Assembly (NCBI GenBank): GCA_951406725.2
Contig: OX597829.1
Span: 16,058,001 to 16,122,000 of the forward strand
Length of the DNA: 64,000 bases
Reading direction: 5' to 3'
Source of the DNA: Octopus vulgaris
Lineage: Eukaryota
Positions 38,345 through 54,693 of the stretch are shown here, piece after piece. The notes beneath the pieces were generated by a model. The model saw nothing but the letters and a program-made list of their open reading frames with translations. It was not told the DNA's origin and made no database searches. Both the position numbers and the translations under genes were made by a program. Each line of letters starts with the position of its first letter. The stretch's first letter is position 1.

Positions 38345-41300
38345 TGACTTAAAATTTTAGCACAAGGCCAGCAAGTTGTGGGGAATGGGTAAGTCGATTA
38401 TACTGACCCCAGTACTCAACTGGTACTTAATTTATCGACCCCGAAAGGATGAAAGGCAAAGTCAACCTCGGTACAATTTGAACTCTGACAAGCAAAATGC
38501 TAAGTATTTTGCCTGGCATGCTAATGATTCTGCAGGCTTACCATATTATTTAATAATAATAATAAATTGAGAAGAAGAAGAATTCTTTCAAACTTTGACA
38601 CAATGTCAGTAAATCAGAGGTGAGTGGGCAGGTCCATTACACTGACCCCAGAAAAGTAAAAAGCAAAGTTGACCTCAATCAGATTTGAACTCAGAACATA
38701 GAAAGCCAGAAGAAAAACCCTAGGCATTTTCCTAATGGTCTAACTTTTCTACTAGCTTGCTACCTCAATAATAATAATAATAATATTAATAATAATAATA
38801 ATAACAACAACAATATTAATAATAAATTTTGGCACACAGCCAGTATATAGCAAGAGGGGGGTAAGTTGTCTACATCGACCCCATTGACCCCAAAAGAATG
38901 AAAAGCAAAGTCAACTTTGGTAGCATTTGAAACTCAGAACATAAAGACATGAAATGCTGCTAAGCATTTTTTCCAGCATGCTAACGACTCTGCCACGTTG
39001 CCACCTTAATAATAATAATAATAATCTTTTCTACTATAGGCACAAAGCCTGAAATTTAGGGGAGGGCACTAGTCAATTAAATCAACCCCAAAATGATGGA
39101 AGGCAATGTCTACCGCAGCAGGATTTGAACTCAGAATGTAAAAATCGGTAAAATACTGCTAAGCGTTTTGTCTGCCACAGTAACAATTCTGCCAGCTCTC
39201 CGCCTTAAACACAAATTAGAAGAAATGTCACTTGGTGTTTTTTCCTCTATGCTAACAATTTTGCCAGCTTGCCACTTCAATAATAATAATTATTATAATA
39301 ACGGTTTCAAATTTTTGCACAAGGCCAGCAATTTTGGGGGGAAAGTTAAGTCAATTACATTGACTCCAGTGTTTAACAGGTACTTATTTTATTAACCTGA
39401 AAGGAAAAGTCAACCTTAGCAGAATTTGAATTCAAAATGTAAGGATGGACAAAATACCACCAAGCATTTTGCACAGCATGCTAACGGCCCTGCCAGTTTG
39501 CCTTATAGTAATAACAATGATCCTTTCTACTAAAGGTACAATGCCTGAAATTTAATGGGATGGGACCAGTCTATTACATCAAACCCCAGTGTTTCACTGG
39601 TACTTAATTTATTGATTCTGAAAGGATGAAAGGCGAAGTTGACCTCGGCAGAATTTGAACCCCAGAATGTAACGATGGGCGAAATACCACTAAGCAATTT
39701 CACCCAGCATGCTAGCGATTCTGCCAGCTCACCACCTTAGTAATAATAATAACAATAATAATAATAATAATGAGAAGAAGAAGAAGAAGAAGAAGAAGAA
39801 GAAGAAGAAGAAGAAGAAGAAGAAGAAGAAGAAGAAAGAAGAAGAAGATGATGATAGTGATGATGAAGATGATAAAGATGAGGAAGAAAAGAAAAAGAGA
39901 GGAGGAGGAGAAAGAAGAGGAAGAGAAAGAGAGGACGGAATAGCAAAATAGTGAATAACAATTAGGGAAAAACTTAAACCATTTGTTAATAAGTTTCAAC
40001 GTCTTTTTTTTCTCTCTATCGTTTGTTGCTTTTGTTTTTTTCTTTTTTTGAGAAAAAACAATTATTTAATCATTTATTTATTCTTTTCTTTCTCCATTCG
40101 GTGTTTTTTTTATTATTATTATTTTAAAATTTTATATATATTTTTGTTATTTTTAAAAATTTTTATATTTATTTATTTATTTATTTATTTTTGCATAAAG
40201 TTTACCTTTTCCCAGACCATAAATAGGCAAACCATATATTGTTGAAATTATCAATTAACAACAACAATAACAACAATAACAACAATAATAATAATTATTA
40301 TATTAACAATAATGATGAGGATGCTAATAACAATGAAGAGGATTTTGATGATGTAAAAGATGATTGCTGTGATAAGTGTTCATGATAACAATGAATGAAT
40401 AATATTTATTATTATTATTATTATTATAATCATCATCGTCATCATTATCATTATCATCATTATTATTATATTACTATTATCATTATTATCATTATTATTA
40501 TTATAAATCATGATGATGATTTTGATGGAGATGATAATGATGATTGTAGTCATGGTAACGATTACTTCGATTAAAAATTTTTTAAACCCAGGTTTAAAAA
40601 AAAAAAGTTTTTGTTTACTGGAGAAATTGCAGTAAATAAATAAATAAATAAATAAATAAAATTCATACCATTTATTCAAAATGAAAATACCAGAGACACT
40701 TTCATAAAAGCAAGACTCTTGGGACTCTTGCTTAAGTGTTGTAATTCATTAAAAAAAAACCAACAGAAACTAATAATAATAATAATAATAATAATGATTG
40801 TTTCTAATACAGGCAGAAAACCTGAAATTTGGGAACTGTGGTTAGTTGATATCATCAGCCCCAGTGCTTGTCTGGTACTTTATGTTATTAGCCCCCAAAA
40901 AAGATGAAAGGCAAAACTGACCTTGTCAGGATTTGATCTTAGAATGTAAGGTATCGGAACAAAATGTAGCAAGGCATTTTGTCCAGCATTCTAACGATTC
41001 TGCCAATCCACCACCCTTAACAACTACAACAAGCAATGATGATGACAACGACGACAATGATGATGATGATGATGATGATAATGATGGTGGTGGTGGTGGT
41101 GGTGATACTGGTATTGTACATTGCCACAAGACAAGAAATTAATAGGGAAACGGCAATGATTGGTTGAACTGATCCATTTGATCCCAGTATTTGATTTGTA
41201 GTTTATTTTGATGTTCATAAGAGGCATGAAAGATAACAAGTTGCCAATGGCAGGATTTGAACTCAGAACATAGAGGGACAAAAGTAAAATAATGTAAGGT

Positions 41301-44260
41301 ATTTAATTTAGCACTGCTGCAATGCTGACAATAAAATACCATTCCTGCGGTTCCAATGAAAATAAATAAATGAAAAAAAAAAATTTTTTTTTTAAATGAA
41401 AGAGGATGAGGAGGAGGAGAAGGATTTCATAGAAAGAATTTTTACTTAGTAACGGAGAAACAGTTGTTTAATCAAATGATTTAACCCCAGTGTATAACTG
41501 GTGTATTTGTCTGACTTTGGAACTGTAAAGTCAAGCCCATACTGAAATGAGTTCAGAAAATTTCAAGCACCAAATCTAATTATTATAAACATCTATCATA
41601 GTTAATTAACTACATTCAACTGGCACTCATCATACTAATTATGATAACAATGATGATAGTTATGTTGGTAATGGTGACAACTGAGAAACTTAAATGATTT
41701 TGTCTTTCCGTGTTTAGGGTTGATTAGTATCCATTGATAAATCCTGGCATCTCTCCTCACACTATCAACAAGTCCAAACCCAATTTTTAGCTTTTACCAC
41801 TTGGAGATTGAAGATCAGTGCCTATGGCCCTTTATATTATCACGGTCTATGACATTAGTAGGAAAAAAAAGGGGGAAGTTATCGTTAAACCAGAGATGTG
41901 ACCCAGATGCTTGTAACACACTGGTCACAGCTAAAGGCACCCCAAGATGTCAGATGGTGGTGTTAGACTGGGTGATGGATTAAATTTGCCATCAAAGAAT
42001 TCAGGATGTAAAAAGCTAAAACTGATAGCACAAGGTATTTCATCCAATGCATTAACAATTTCATCAAATCAATGCCCTGAACAGGTTCTTTTATTGACCC
42101 TGAAAGAATGAAAAGCAAAGTTTACCTTGGTGGGATTTGAATTCAGAGAGCAGAGAACAGAAACAAATACTCTCTAATGATTCTGCCAATTCACTGCCTG
42201 ATAGGATACTCTTTCAAATTATTTTATTTTGCTACATTCCAGGAGTATTCAACAAGACTACTGGAGCTACTGCTACATACACCTACACTAATATCAGCTG
42301 ATGGATGAGTATAGTAGCGCTGTCAAGTGTGAGTGCTAGTGTTAAGTGTGAGTGGTGCTGTTAAGTGTGAGAGATACTAATATAAGACTAGATTTATTCA
42401 AACTGCACTTGATCGAGTGTGAGTGGTGCTGTAAAACGTGAGAGATATTGAGTTGTCACTAGATTTACCCAAACTGTATCTGCTTGTGTTAAGAGGTGCC
42501 ATAAATGGTAAGAGAGATATTAAGTGGCAAAGACAGAGAGAATTACTTCATATATAATGTAAATATGAGTGATGCTGTCAGGTTTAAGAGATGAGGAAAT
42601 AATTCTTAAACTTATTGATTGGTAATTCTTTAGTCAGTAAATGTTGTTGCTGATAGATGATGGTCTTTATACAGGTGTTATAACATTAACATCAATAAAC
42701 AAAAAGGTGACCCTGAAAGCTCCCTAAACTTCACCAGAGAAAGACAAGGAAATCATACCATACAAATCAACAAGGGAGCAAAACTTACATGGTCATTAGA
42801 CCTGTTTGAAATAACAGCTAAATTGCTGTCAAATCACAGCCTACTGTCTTAAATAAAGATATATAGAATAATGTAGTCCCTGATATAAAAAAAAAAAAAT
42901 GACAGGGTGGCCATAGCTGGAAAGTCTTTGATCATTGTGTAGTACTTGACAGGGTTGACCTGGCACTAACAACAATGGTGGCAGATTACTGTCTTTGAAT
43001 GAAAATGAATGAAGAATGATTGCAATTGATAGAATGCCGTGTCTTTATTAAATGTAAGAGCTCCAAGAATGGTAAGAAGAAGAGAGGGAAGAAATTATTC
43101 TCAAACCAAAGATCTGACGAATGGCTGCAACAGAGTAGATTCTGATACAGGTACCCAAAGACCAGATTGTGGTGATGATGGTGGTGTTGGAGTAAGATGA
43201 TTGCTGATGACGATCATGATGATGATGAGAATTATTATAACAACAACAACAACAGCAATAATAATAATAATGATAATGATAATAATAGTAATTTCTAACA
43301 TAGGCACAAGGTCCCAAATTTGAAGGAGCAGTATAATAAAACATATCAAGTCCAGTACTTGACTGGTTCTTTATTTTATAGACCTCAAAAGTATTAAAAA
43401 CCAAAATTAACCTTGATGGGATTTGACTCAGAATGTAGAATACTATAACTAACTAATAATAAATAACACATTTTATCCGATACATTAACAATTCCGTCAG
43501 CATACTGTCCTCAGTAATGACATTAACAATGATTTTTATTTTTATTTTCTTTCTTTCTTTCTTTCTTTTCTTTTTTTTTGCTAGAAGCAAATTGCTGATT
43601 GAATTGCTTTCTCTTACAACCAAGGCTACTCCCTCAGTAGATAACTGATACTAATTATATCAACTTGAACAATAGAAAGGCAAAGTTTATCTCTGGTGGC
43701 AAGAATTGAACCAAGAATGTAGGAAGTGGTGGACAAAAAAAAAATTTTTAAATGGTAAGGCAATTTTAGTCTAAGAATCGTTCTACCAACTCAGTAATTT
43801 CATGAGCATTTCTTTTCTTCATTAAGTTATTAGAATATGTGGTGGGTATGGCTGATTGAGCTAAAGTCCCTCTTATCCACTAGTGTATATTTTATTATAT
43901 TACCTGCGATTTTATTATATTAGCCTTTGTAAATAATAAAAACCTCCACACCTATACACAGGATTTTAACTCATGAAGTGGAGGGACAAAACTAAATATT
44001 GTAAAAGTATTTAATCTGGTACTGTGCTATTCCTGCCAACTCTCCAAATAATAATGGTTTCAAATTTTGGAACAAAGCCAACAATTTCAGGATGGAGGCT
44101 AAGTCAATTATATCAACACCAATACTCGTTAACTGCTACTTATTTCATTGACCCCGAAAAGGATGAAAAACAAAAGTCAACCTCGACAGAATTTGAACAG
44201 ACGAAATGCCGCTAAGCATTTTGCCCAGCATGATAATGATTCCGTCAGTTTGCTGCCTCA
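37520..44260 (-). mobile_element. Cluster of about 15 old, co-oriented family-A-related SINE copies interleaved with (AAT)n
   Basis: Degenerate GAAAGGCAAAG...GAATTTGAACTCAG blocks near 37630, 37860, 38450, 38660, 38900, 39100, 39400, 39630, 40905, 41255, 42110, 43400, 43675 and 44160. Confidence 0.75.
39771..39847. repeat. (GAA)n trinucleotide run
   Basis: Direct reading of the sequence. Confidence 0.95.
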
Positions 44261-46274
44261 ACTCTCCAAATAATAACAATAATGATACCAATAATAACAT
44301 CAACAACAAAACAACATTAGAAAATGTGTGTAATGTTTGTTCTAATTCTTTGTTATTTTTAAAAAATTATTTTTTAGTTCCAGTAAGAACTTTGAACTCA
44401 AGAGCCAAAGATTAAAATATCCCAAATTTATCAACATTTGTAGAAGAAGGAGAAGGGGGACGAGGTCTTTGATTAAAGTAAAGTTTCAACAGGATGCTCA
44501 AATACGCATGTATCTCTTTTCAAAATTCACTTGAATCATTCACTTAATTATCTTAATAACAACAATAACGGCTGATTTCTTTTAAGATTTCTTTGAGAAA
44601 CAAGCATTAAAGCTTTGTCCTCTTGTGTTCAAATACAGACACAATACCTCCCCCCACCCACTCTCTCTTTCTTTCTGGTACCCTACCCTCAAACCTCCAA
44701 AAGATGATAGATATATTTCAGAAAGGAACCCTCATGTGGTACCTTGAACAGCTAGAAATAGCAGCCAAATATATCTTGCAGATCAATTAAAATAGAAAGA
44801 AGAAAAAGTGTGGGGTAGACAAAGGTATACATTGGTCAATTTAGTCCCTGATTTTACACATGCATATATATATATATATATATATATACTCTTTTACTCT
44901 TTACTCTTTTACTTGTTTCAGTCATTTGACTGCGGCCATGCTGGAGCACCGCCTTTAATCGAACAAATCAACCCCGGGACTTATTCTTTTGTAAGCCCAG
45001 TACTTATTCTATCGGTCTCTTTTGCCGAACCGCTAAGTGGCGGCGATGTAAACACACCAGCATCGGTTGTCAATCAATGCTAGGGGGACAAACACAGACA
45101 CACAAACACACACACACATACATATATATGTATATATATATACATATATACGACAGGCTTTCAGTTTCCGTCTACCAGATCCACTCACAAGGCATTGGTT
45201 GGCCTGAGGCTATAGTAGAAGACACTTGCCCAAGGTGCCACACAGTGGGATTGAATCCAAAACCATGTGGTTGGTAAGCAAGCTACTTACCACACAGCCA
45301 CTCCTGCATACATACATATAATATGCTGAAAGGATGGTGAATGATGAAAGGAATGGCCTTGAACAAATGCTTGCTCAATCTAGCATTAAACACCACCACT
45401 ACCATCACCAATAACAATGACAAATACACCATCAGTAAAAACAGCCAAAAATTACCCTTATGAAGTAGTATAATTTTGCCCAACTATAATTCATCATGAT
45501 CATCACTATCATCATCACTATCATCATCATTATCATCTGCATAATGATTATGATGATGAATGCCATCATCATAGACTACAAACATTAAAAAAAAAATCAA
45601 AGAATCAACTGATTCCAACAAGGAAAAAGAAAATATTTTGCTAGCATGGATATAAATTATATTACATTATTAAAAGAAAATTAAAAAGGGGGTGAGAAGG
45701 ATTTAATTGAAGGGGATTCCAATTTTTCTCGTAATTACTTGGTGATGGTATCCATTTGTTGTTTCCCTATTTGTTGTATTTTGAAAAGAAAAAGAAAAAA
45801 TTATAAAGGAGTTGAGATATTCCTTCTTTCTTCTACCCTTCACTGTCATCATCATCATCATCATTATCATCATTACCATCATCATCATCATCATCATCAT
45901 CACCAATTTATTTAGTAGTTCTTTGTGAATGATTATGTTTGTCACCAGTTAGAATGGAAAGAGTGTGGTTTTGTGTGTGTGTGTGTGTTAACTAGACACC
46001 CATGAACCTCACAAGGCACATCTTAATATTCATCTAATCAAAGCTTTTACTCACTGAGAGTGCTCTACAATCATGTAGAAATTACTTGGAGCTATGACCA
46101 TTGTCAAGGTATAATAATGAAATGGGTCAAATGAATTTCAGATATACTCATAGAAACAAAATATGTATATATCTACTTAATATAGCCCTTCCAGGACATC
46201 AGGATGTTTCTGTGGGCTACTCATTTCTATAACATGTAAGTGTGTGTGTGTGTGTATATGCATGTGCACATGCA

Positions 46275-46320
<46 letters not shown>

Positions 46321-46438
46321 TACATATACACACACACTTATGTATGCATACAGTGATGAATTTCTAGAATGTGGTTAAATTTTAATAATAGCTTCTAACA
46401 TTTATAAGAAGAGATTAAGAAAGTGAGAAATAGAACAT

Positions 46439-46470
<32 letters not shown>

Positions 46471-46696
46471 AAGGGGCAAGAATAAAATGCAAGGGATGGA
46501 GATAATGAAAGGTAGAGAGGGATAAGCAATGATAAAACTATTTCAAAAAGCACTATATTAGTGAAATAAACACTAGTTTTTAGCAATGGTAGAGATGAAA
46601 GTGATGACAAGGAGCATGATTGTAAAAATGCTTTAACGATTATTAAAGTAGTAATGGTAGAAGTAGTAGTAATAATAATAATAATAATAAAATAAA

Positions 46697-46727
<31 letters not shown>

Positions 46728-46758
46728 GTAATAATAATTGTTTAAAAATAATAATCGG

Positions 46759-46793
<35 letters not shown>

Positions 46794-47234
46794 CATATAT
46801 ATATATTTATTTATTTATGGCATATAAAAATGGGTGTCCAATAATGGAATAACAACAACAATAACAGCAATAGCAATAATAACAACAATATTTGGACTAC
46901 TGCAAAAAATGCAATGTTTTTTCTTCTTTTTTTTCTTTTTGATTGGTTGGGGGGTGGGAGGATTTTTTTTTTCTTTTTTAAATATGAAATTGCAACAATT
47001 CTGAGGAAGGGTTTAAAGATATGCTAAGGCAGCGAGCAAATAGACTTAGGACTCTATTTTAAGACCAGCAAGTAGCCAAGGGCAAGACTGCAATGATAAC
47101 GATGAAGACGATGATGACAATAATAATAATAATGATAATAATAATAAGAAGAAGAATGAAGAGGAGTAAATGATGATTGTGGTGGTGATGGAGTTGATGA
47201 TAACAATGATGATAATGATGATAACAAAAAGACA

Positions 47235-47298
<64 letters not shown>

Positions 47299-47581
47299 AA
47301 ATGGTTTCAAACTTTGGCACAAGGCCAGCAATTTCGGGGCTGGGGGATAAGTTGATGTAATCGACCCCAGTGCGTAACTGGTACTTATTTCATCGACCTC
47401 CAAAAGGATGAAAGGTAAAGTTGACCTCGGCATAATTTGAATAATGACAATAATAACGATGTACAAGATCTGTCTGTGATATGGATAATATTGAAATACA
47501 ATAAAAAATAGAAAACCAAGCCAAAACACTGCACATACCCAGGGTGCACATACATGAGATTGAGATGTGCAGTGAAAACAT

Positions 47582-47654
<73 letters not shown>

Positions 47655-48452
47655 CAACAATAATTTGACACTACTGAAAAGTATAAAATGTGTAAAAAAG
47701 TAAAATAATAAAAAAGAGAAAATGAAAAAAAAAAGTGACATTTAAGTAAGACATAATTAATTCAGCTTTTAATAATAGTAATAACAATGATATTTGATAA
47801 TCAATGTAATTTTTATGTCAACAATTGTTATATGTAACAATAACAACAACAGCAACAATATTTTTTATTATTATTATTATGATTATTATTATTATTATTA
47901 TTATTATTATAAGAGATAATAAGGAGCAGGGCAGGGGTTATTAAAAAAGGAAACCCTAAAGCTGATTGTCACTCTAGTCTCCAACATTCAACAAACTTTT
48001 ATTTTAAAAATATGACTATGATGATGATAACGATGTTGATGATGATAACGACAATGAAGATAATGGCGAGAAAAAAATAATAATTGTAACGATGACGATG
48101 TCGATGATGATGATGATGATGATGAGAAGGAGGAAGAAGACAATGACAATGATGATGATGGTGATGAGGATGATGGTGGTGATGATTGTAAGCAATGATG
48201 AAAATGCTGATGCAAAGTGTTAAAACATTTAGTAAAGTGTGATACGAAATTATTTAAAACATGACTCAATTCTATTTTCTCATATTATAAATCTATGAAG
48301 ATAACTTTTCTTTTCTTCTCTAGGATTAATTTACGTCAATACATACAATACAAAGAAGTATATTAATTCTGTGTGTGTGTCTGTGTGCATGTGTATGAAT
48401 TTGTTCGTTATGAGTGCTAAATAATTCATCTAAATATCAATATCTATCTTCT

Positions 48453-48763
<311 letters not shown>

Positions 48764-48826
48764 CATTAAACAACAATCACCATTACCACTACCATCATCA
48801 TCATCATCATCTTCATCACCACCACC

Positions 48827-48859
<33 letters not shown>

Positions 48860-49604
48860 GTCATCTTCCTCTTCATTACCATCATCACCATCATCATCAT
48901 CATCACTATCATTATTATCGTCGTCAATGCCACCAACACCATCACCTCAACTACTGTTACAACAGCAACAACAACAACTAAATCACCACCATCTCTGCCA
49001 CTACCTTCACCAATACCATTCTTGAATGGTGTATTTTCTTTTCTTTTTTTCCTGTTTTTTTTTTTGTTTTATTTAACGTCCTTCAATTCCATGACGACAT
49101 GGGTTTTTGGACGGGTCTGTAGAACAGCTTTAGCCAAGCTGTCCATATATCGCTTGTCAGCTCCTCTTTATGATCATACATTTATACATTCGCCTACACA
49201 TATGCCTATACATATGATTATACAGGAAAAAACAAACAAACAAAACAAGAAAAAAAAATCCCCCTGGAAAATAACATTTGCCTACAGAATATACAAACTG
49301 CTGCAAGAAAACATCTGCTAATAGGAACAGTGTGTACGATACATAGAATCACAAAGTTATTGTATGAAATGTAACTATCTATCTAAATAGCTACCTATAT
49401 ATATATATATGTGTGTGTGTGTGTAGGTGTGTGTGTTGTGCATTGTCTGTGTGTATACATATATATATATATCTGTATGTTTGTATAATTATATATATGT
49501 GTATATACATACATGTGTGTGTGTATATATATATATATACATACACACACATACTAAATTTAAAACAATGAATCCTATTTAATTTTTAAAACAAACATAA
49601 AAAC

Positions 49605-49649
<45 letters not shown>

Positions 49650-50008
49650 CAAATATATATAATCACACACTTATATACATACATATGTCGGTGTGTGTGA
49701 ATATATATACATGTACAAACATATATATACATATGTTTATACATGTATAAATATACACACACACACACAAACACACATGCCCCATGATACACATGAAAAA
49801 AAAAACAAATTATGCACACATAAAACATTGACACACACACATATATATATATATATTTACACACAGATATTTGTCATAAAATACTGGTAAAAATTATCAA
49901 ATAGTTTCTCATCCAAAAACTAAATGTTGAAAAGAGAGAGAGAAAAAAAAGAAAAAATACTACTGAGTGTCTATATACATACACACATGCACACATATAT
50001 ACATCATT

Positions 50009-50050
<42 letters not shown>

Positions 50051-50332
50051 ATGTAATAAAACTGTGTGCATATATTAAAGTCAATATTCAGCTGCTTTAT
50101 TATATATTTTTGTTTTGTTTTATTCTTTTTTCTTCTTTCATCCTTTCAACCAATAGTTTATTTATTTATTTATTTATTTATTTTAAATATTTTAGTAATT
50201 CGGGCAATATAGAGTTTTTGTTTAGACATAGCCTCAAGTTGCTTCTCATCAGACATTCATGATGGAAGGTTGCTAACTCAGTAAAGGTATGAATAAATTC
50301 ATTTATACATACATACACATATATTTACATAA

Positions 50333-50380
<48 letters not shown>

Positions 50381-50948
50381 GTACACACACATATATATAA
50401 GTATGTATATACACACACATAAATTTCTATGCATATATATATATATATAAAATGCATGTGTTTATATATGTATGCATACATATTATTATACATATATGTA
50501 TTCACACATGCACACAAACACATACTTATGTACACACACATACACACATCGATGAATATACATAAATATGCTTGTGTACGAATGTTTGTGTGTGTGTGCA
50601 TGCAAGTATGCATGCATGTGTGTGTGTATGCACGCGTGTGTGTATAAGAATGTGTGTCTGTGTAGGATTGTAAGTTTTGTAAAAGCAGAAGCAGCAGTGT
50701 TAAGACCAATTCTATGTGGTTCATTCCCTCTGCTTTTTCTTTTCACTCTCACATTCTTTCATTCTAGTATTCTCTAGCATTCTGTCGGTATATATATAAA
50801 TATATACATATATATATATATATATAAATATATATATATATAAATTATATACACATATATACATATACATATATATTATATATATATGTACACATGTATA
50901 TATATATATATACACACATATTATATATATATATATACAAATATATAT

Positions 50949-51000
<52 letters not shown>

Positions 51001-51907
51001 CATACACACACACATGCAAATACATGTGCATATATATATATAGAAAGGCATATATATACACACACATATATATTTATAAAATTCAGGTATTAAGTTAGGT
51101 ATATACACTATTAGTGCTCAGGTTGACGTGCTACCTAAATTCCAACTTGAACTGCAACTAAAAAGATGAGGATATTATAGCTGCCTAACGACAATTGGCT
51201 ATAGGTGGTCTATCAATCGAACAGGTATGTGTATATTAGAATAATAGTATATAAACAGGCAAATAACTGGTATCAGATCTGGTGATGACACTTGCATAGT
51301 TTTAAACATAAGGGTTGAGTTTTTACAGGAATATAAATCACAAGGGTCTCATAATGGTTATGACATATGCAGGCATTCTGGTATAGTTTTATGGCAAACC
51401 GAAATTATTGACATTTGATAAAGCTAGTCATCATATATAGAATCCAAAACTGGATGAGAAAAAGGAATAAAGGAAAGTATACAGATAGTCTCCTACAGCT
51501 GTTCCATGAGAGATGCGCATATGGCGTATTTCCCTGCAAACAATCAGTCAGCAGCCAACAACACAGTTGTAATTTATTCCATCATCAGAGAGGAGGATTG
51601 AGAGAGAGCCTTAGCAGGAAGTGATGGAAGGTATACAGAGGCGACATTTCTTCTCACCCAGCTTCAGATTCCTTCTACAGATTCCTTTATCCAATACCAA
51701 TAATTCAGTCTTACTGTAATAATTGTTCCAAGAGAATACCAGAATTTACCACAACCAGCACAAACATTCCTCAACTGTTCTTGAATTTAACTCTTGTGAT
51801 CTAAATTCCTGTACCCTCATTTTGTGCCAGTATCGAAATACATAAATGTCATAATTTGACCCGAAGCCAATTATTTGCTTAAATATTTACATCCACTTTT
51901 TGTTATT

Positions 51908-51949
<42 letters not shown>

Positions 51950-52606
51950 ATGTATGATTTACAGATATAAATACACACTCATAAGTTGTGTGTGTGTGTG
52001 TATGTGTATACTTGTGTGTGTGTGTGTGTGTGCGTGCACACACATGTGTGAAAATGAAACTCACTCATACTCTTTTCAATGTTAATGAAACGATTTAATT
52101 AATATTTTTAATTTGGATTGTATTCAAACTTAACTAAAAGAAAAAAATGAAATGACATATTTCTTGGCTATGTTGTTTTTCTTTGTTCTCTGTATTTGCA
52201 TGTGTATGTGTGTGTATGTATATGTGCCTGAGAAAGACAGAGAAAAGGGAAAAAGTGAAAGTAAGAGAGATGTTGAGAGAGTTTGAGAAAGAATGAGAAT
52301 GTATGAAAATGTGTATGTTTTTATGAGGTTTTTTTTATATATTTAATAACTTTAATAATGCTTCTTTTCTCTTATTGTCTGTGTTTATCTTAGAAGAACA
52401 AGGTAAATGGTGTTTACCTTTGAAGTATTTTGAATTCTTTTTAAAATGGTAAATAGACATTAGTTGACAAAGATGATGTGAAATCTCTCATTTTGATGAA
52501 TTTCTTTTTCAGTCAAATATCACATAAGAGGCAAAAAATTTATTCGTTAAATTATACATACAGACACACAGCAGTATGTGTGTATGTATGTTTTAATATG
52601 TGCATA

Positions 52607-52638
<32 letters not shown>

Positions 52639-52790
52639 CGCACATACACACACCCATAATATAAAACACTATAAAATAATATGAATGAAAATGGACTTAC
52701 AACAATACTTACACATACATTCACATATATACTTGCATATAAATGTATGATTGTATATATGTTTGTATGTGTGAATGTGTGTGTATACAT

Positions 52791-52849
<59 letters not shown>

Positions 52850-54353
52850 CACACATACATATATTCATATATCTCTAACACACATTTGGCTGTTTTTCTT
52901 TTCTTTTTCTTTCTGTTTTGGCTTGAAACTTTGAAATTATTTACCATTTCTACCTTCCACCCTTTACTGATATAACAACAATGCATGTCCATAAATATGA
53001 GTTCATTATTATTATTTTTTTTCTTCTTCTTGCTATCTACAGAAACATGGAACATGTAATATAAAACACACCAAAAAAATACTACAAAATTACTTCAGAG
53101 CTTTTCTCCTCAAGACTAAAATGATGAATGTCAGAGGTCACGTTTGAAACCATTGTTAACATGCTACAAATTTCTAAAAATAGAAAAAAAAAATGCACAC
53201 AACTTAAATCACTCAGCCAACATTGCCCAGTCAACCATGGAGGGAAAAAAAATATTAAAAAAGAAAAAAAAAACAATGAAAATGTCACCTAATAATGTTT
53301 CAATTAGGGTCCACTGAGTTAGCCAGTGTTGTCTGGAGTTCTGAAGGGGTTCAGGGAATTTTGGGGAGTTTTGACTTTAATTATTTTATTTTTTTTTTGT
53401 CAGTGATGTAAACAAATGATATAATAAGCTTACCAGATTCTTTTTTTAAAAAAAATGATAAATTTTTGAAGTTTTTTTGCTGTTGTTTTGTTTGATTTTT
53501 TTTTGTTTTGCATCTGAAGATTACCCAAAGTTAAAAAAAAAATGACATTGGGTAAATATAACAATATAATGCAGTCACCAACCTTCCAAAACTCAGTCTT
53601 TTTTTTTTGTTTCTTTTCTTCTTCTATCTATCTATCTATATCACCACAAGTTTATCATACCAGAAAAAAAAAGGAAAACAAAACAAAAAAAAAACTACTA
53701 TTAATTCTCAAGAACGTCGACTGAGAGTTTAAGCAAGTTAAGGCTAGTCAAACATATCACAAAGTCTGTAATGAAAATTTTTTATTTTCATACAAATATC
53801 GGGAGTAATGAATATTTTTCGAAGTGGTTGTGGTACTAAGATCAATTTTTTTTTTTTAAACCAATATGTGTAACGTGGCCCAGGGTTTTTGGCTGATGTC
53901 TAAAGCCTACACCAAAGAAAAACTCTCCTTATAAATAAAGGGAAAGCAGTTGTCCAACACCCATCTGAAAACCAAGAAAGGCAGAAGTTTGATTTTATAA
54001 AGCCACAACTAAACTCCTTTTTTTTTTTTCGTTTTTGTTTTTGTGTGTTGTCTGAAAGTCAAAAACTAGTAATATAATATTACTATTATCATTACTTTTT
54101 TTCCTCCAAATGTTTAATAGATTTAGGAGTAAAGGTAACTATATAAAAAAATGTCTCATTCTTATTTATATTTTTTTCAGATTAGGCAAGACTGATGATG
54201 GCTCGTAAGTTTTAACCATAACCACAGTTAAACAGTTTAAAAGATGTCCGGCTAGGCATTTGTCAAATGTGAGCAAACCAAACCCATCAGCCTGTTAATT
54301 TTAAAAGTTCTACATATACATCTCTTTCTCTTTTTCTATATATATATATAATA

Positions 54354-54410
<57 letters not shown>

Positions 54411-54451
54411 TATTCATGGTGAACTTGGCTACATTAATAAGCTACGCAACA

Positions 54452-54693
54452 TCAAGAATCAGCTTCCAGCATCTCTAAAAACAGCTTGTGCATGATGACG
54501 CGGCCGTCCTTTTTTACATCAAACCAATACTGTCTTGCCAGCAGTTTTACATGTGTTAAGTGTGGTAAAAGCATAAGGAGATGACCCAACCGACGCATGT
54601 TACCAGTGTGCTTTGTTTTTACATATTCAATGAGAGTATCATGGAATTTGTCTTGAAGTTGTTTCACTGAGCCATTACTGTCAGAAGTCACAT
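54452..54693 (-). CDS. ERR: Estrogen-related receptor (NR3B), last coding exon (LBD helices 9-12)
   Basis: Acceptor TTTCTAG (AG at 54695-54694). (D)VTSDSNGSVKQLQDKFHDTL...RRLGHLLMLLPHL...DGRVIMHKLFLEMLEADS*. HKLFLEMLEA is the ERR AF-2 helix. Confidence 0.95.

Noticed and set aside
51110-51800. Possible exon or LINE endonuclease remnant
   Set aside because: Complex sequence but no sustained frame or motif that I can support by eye.
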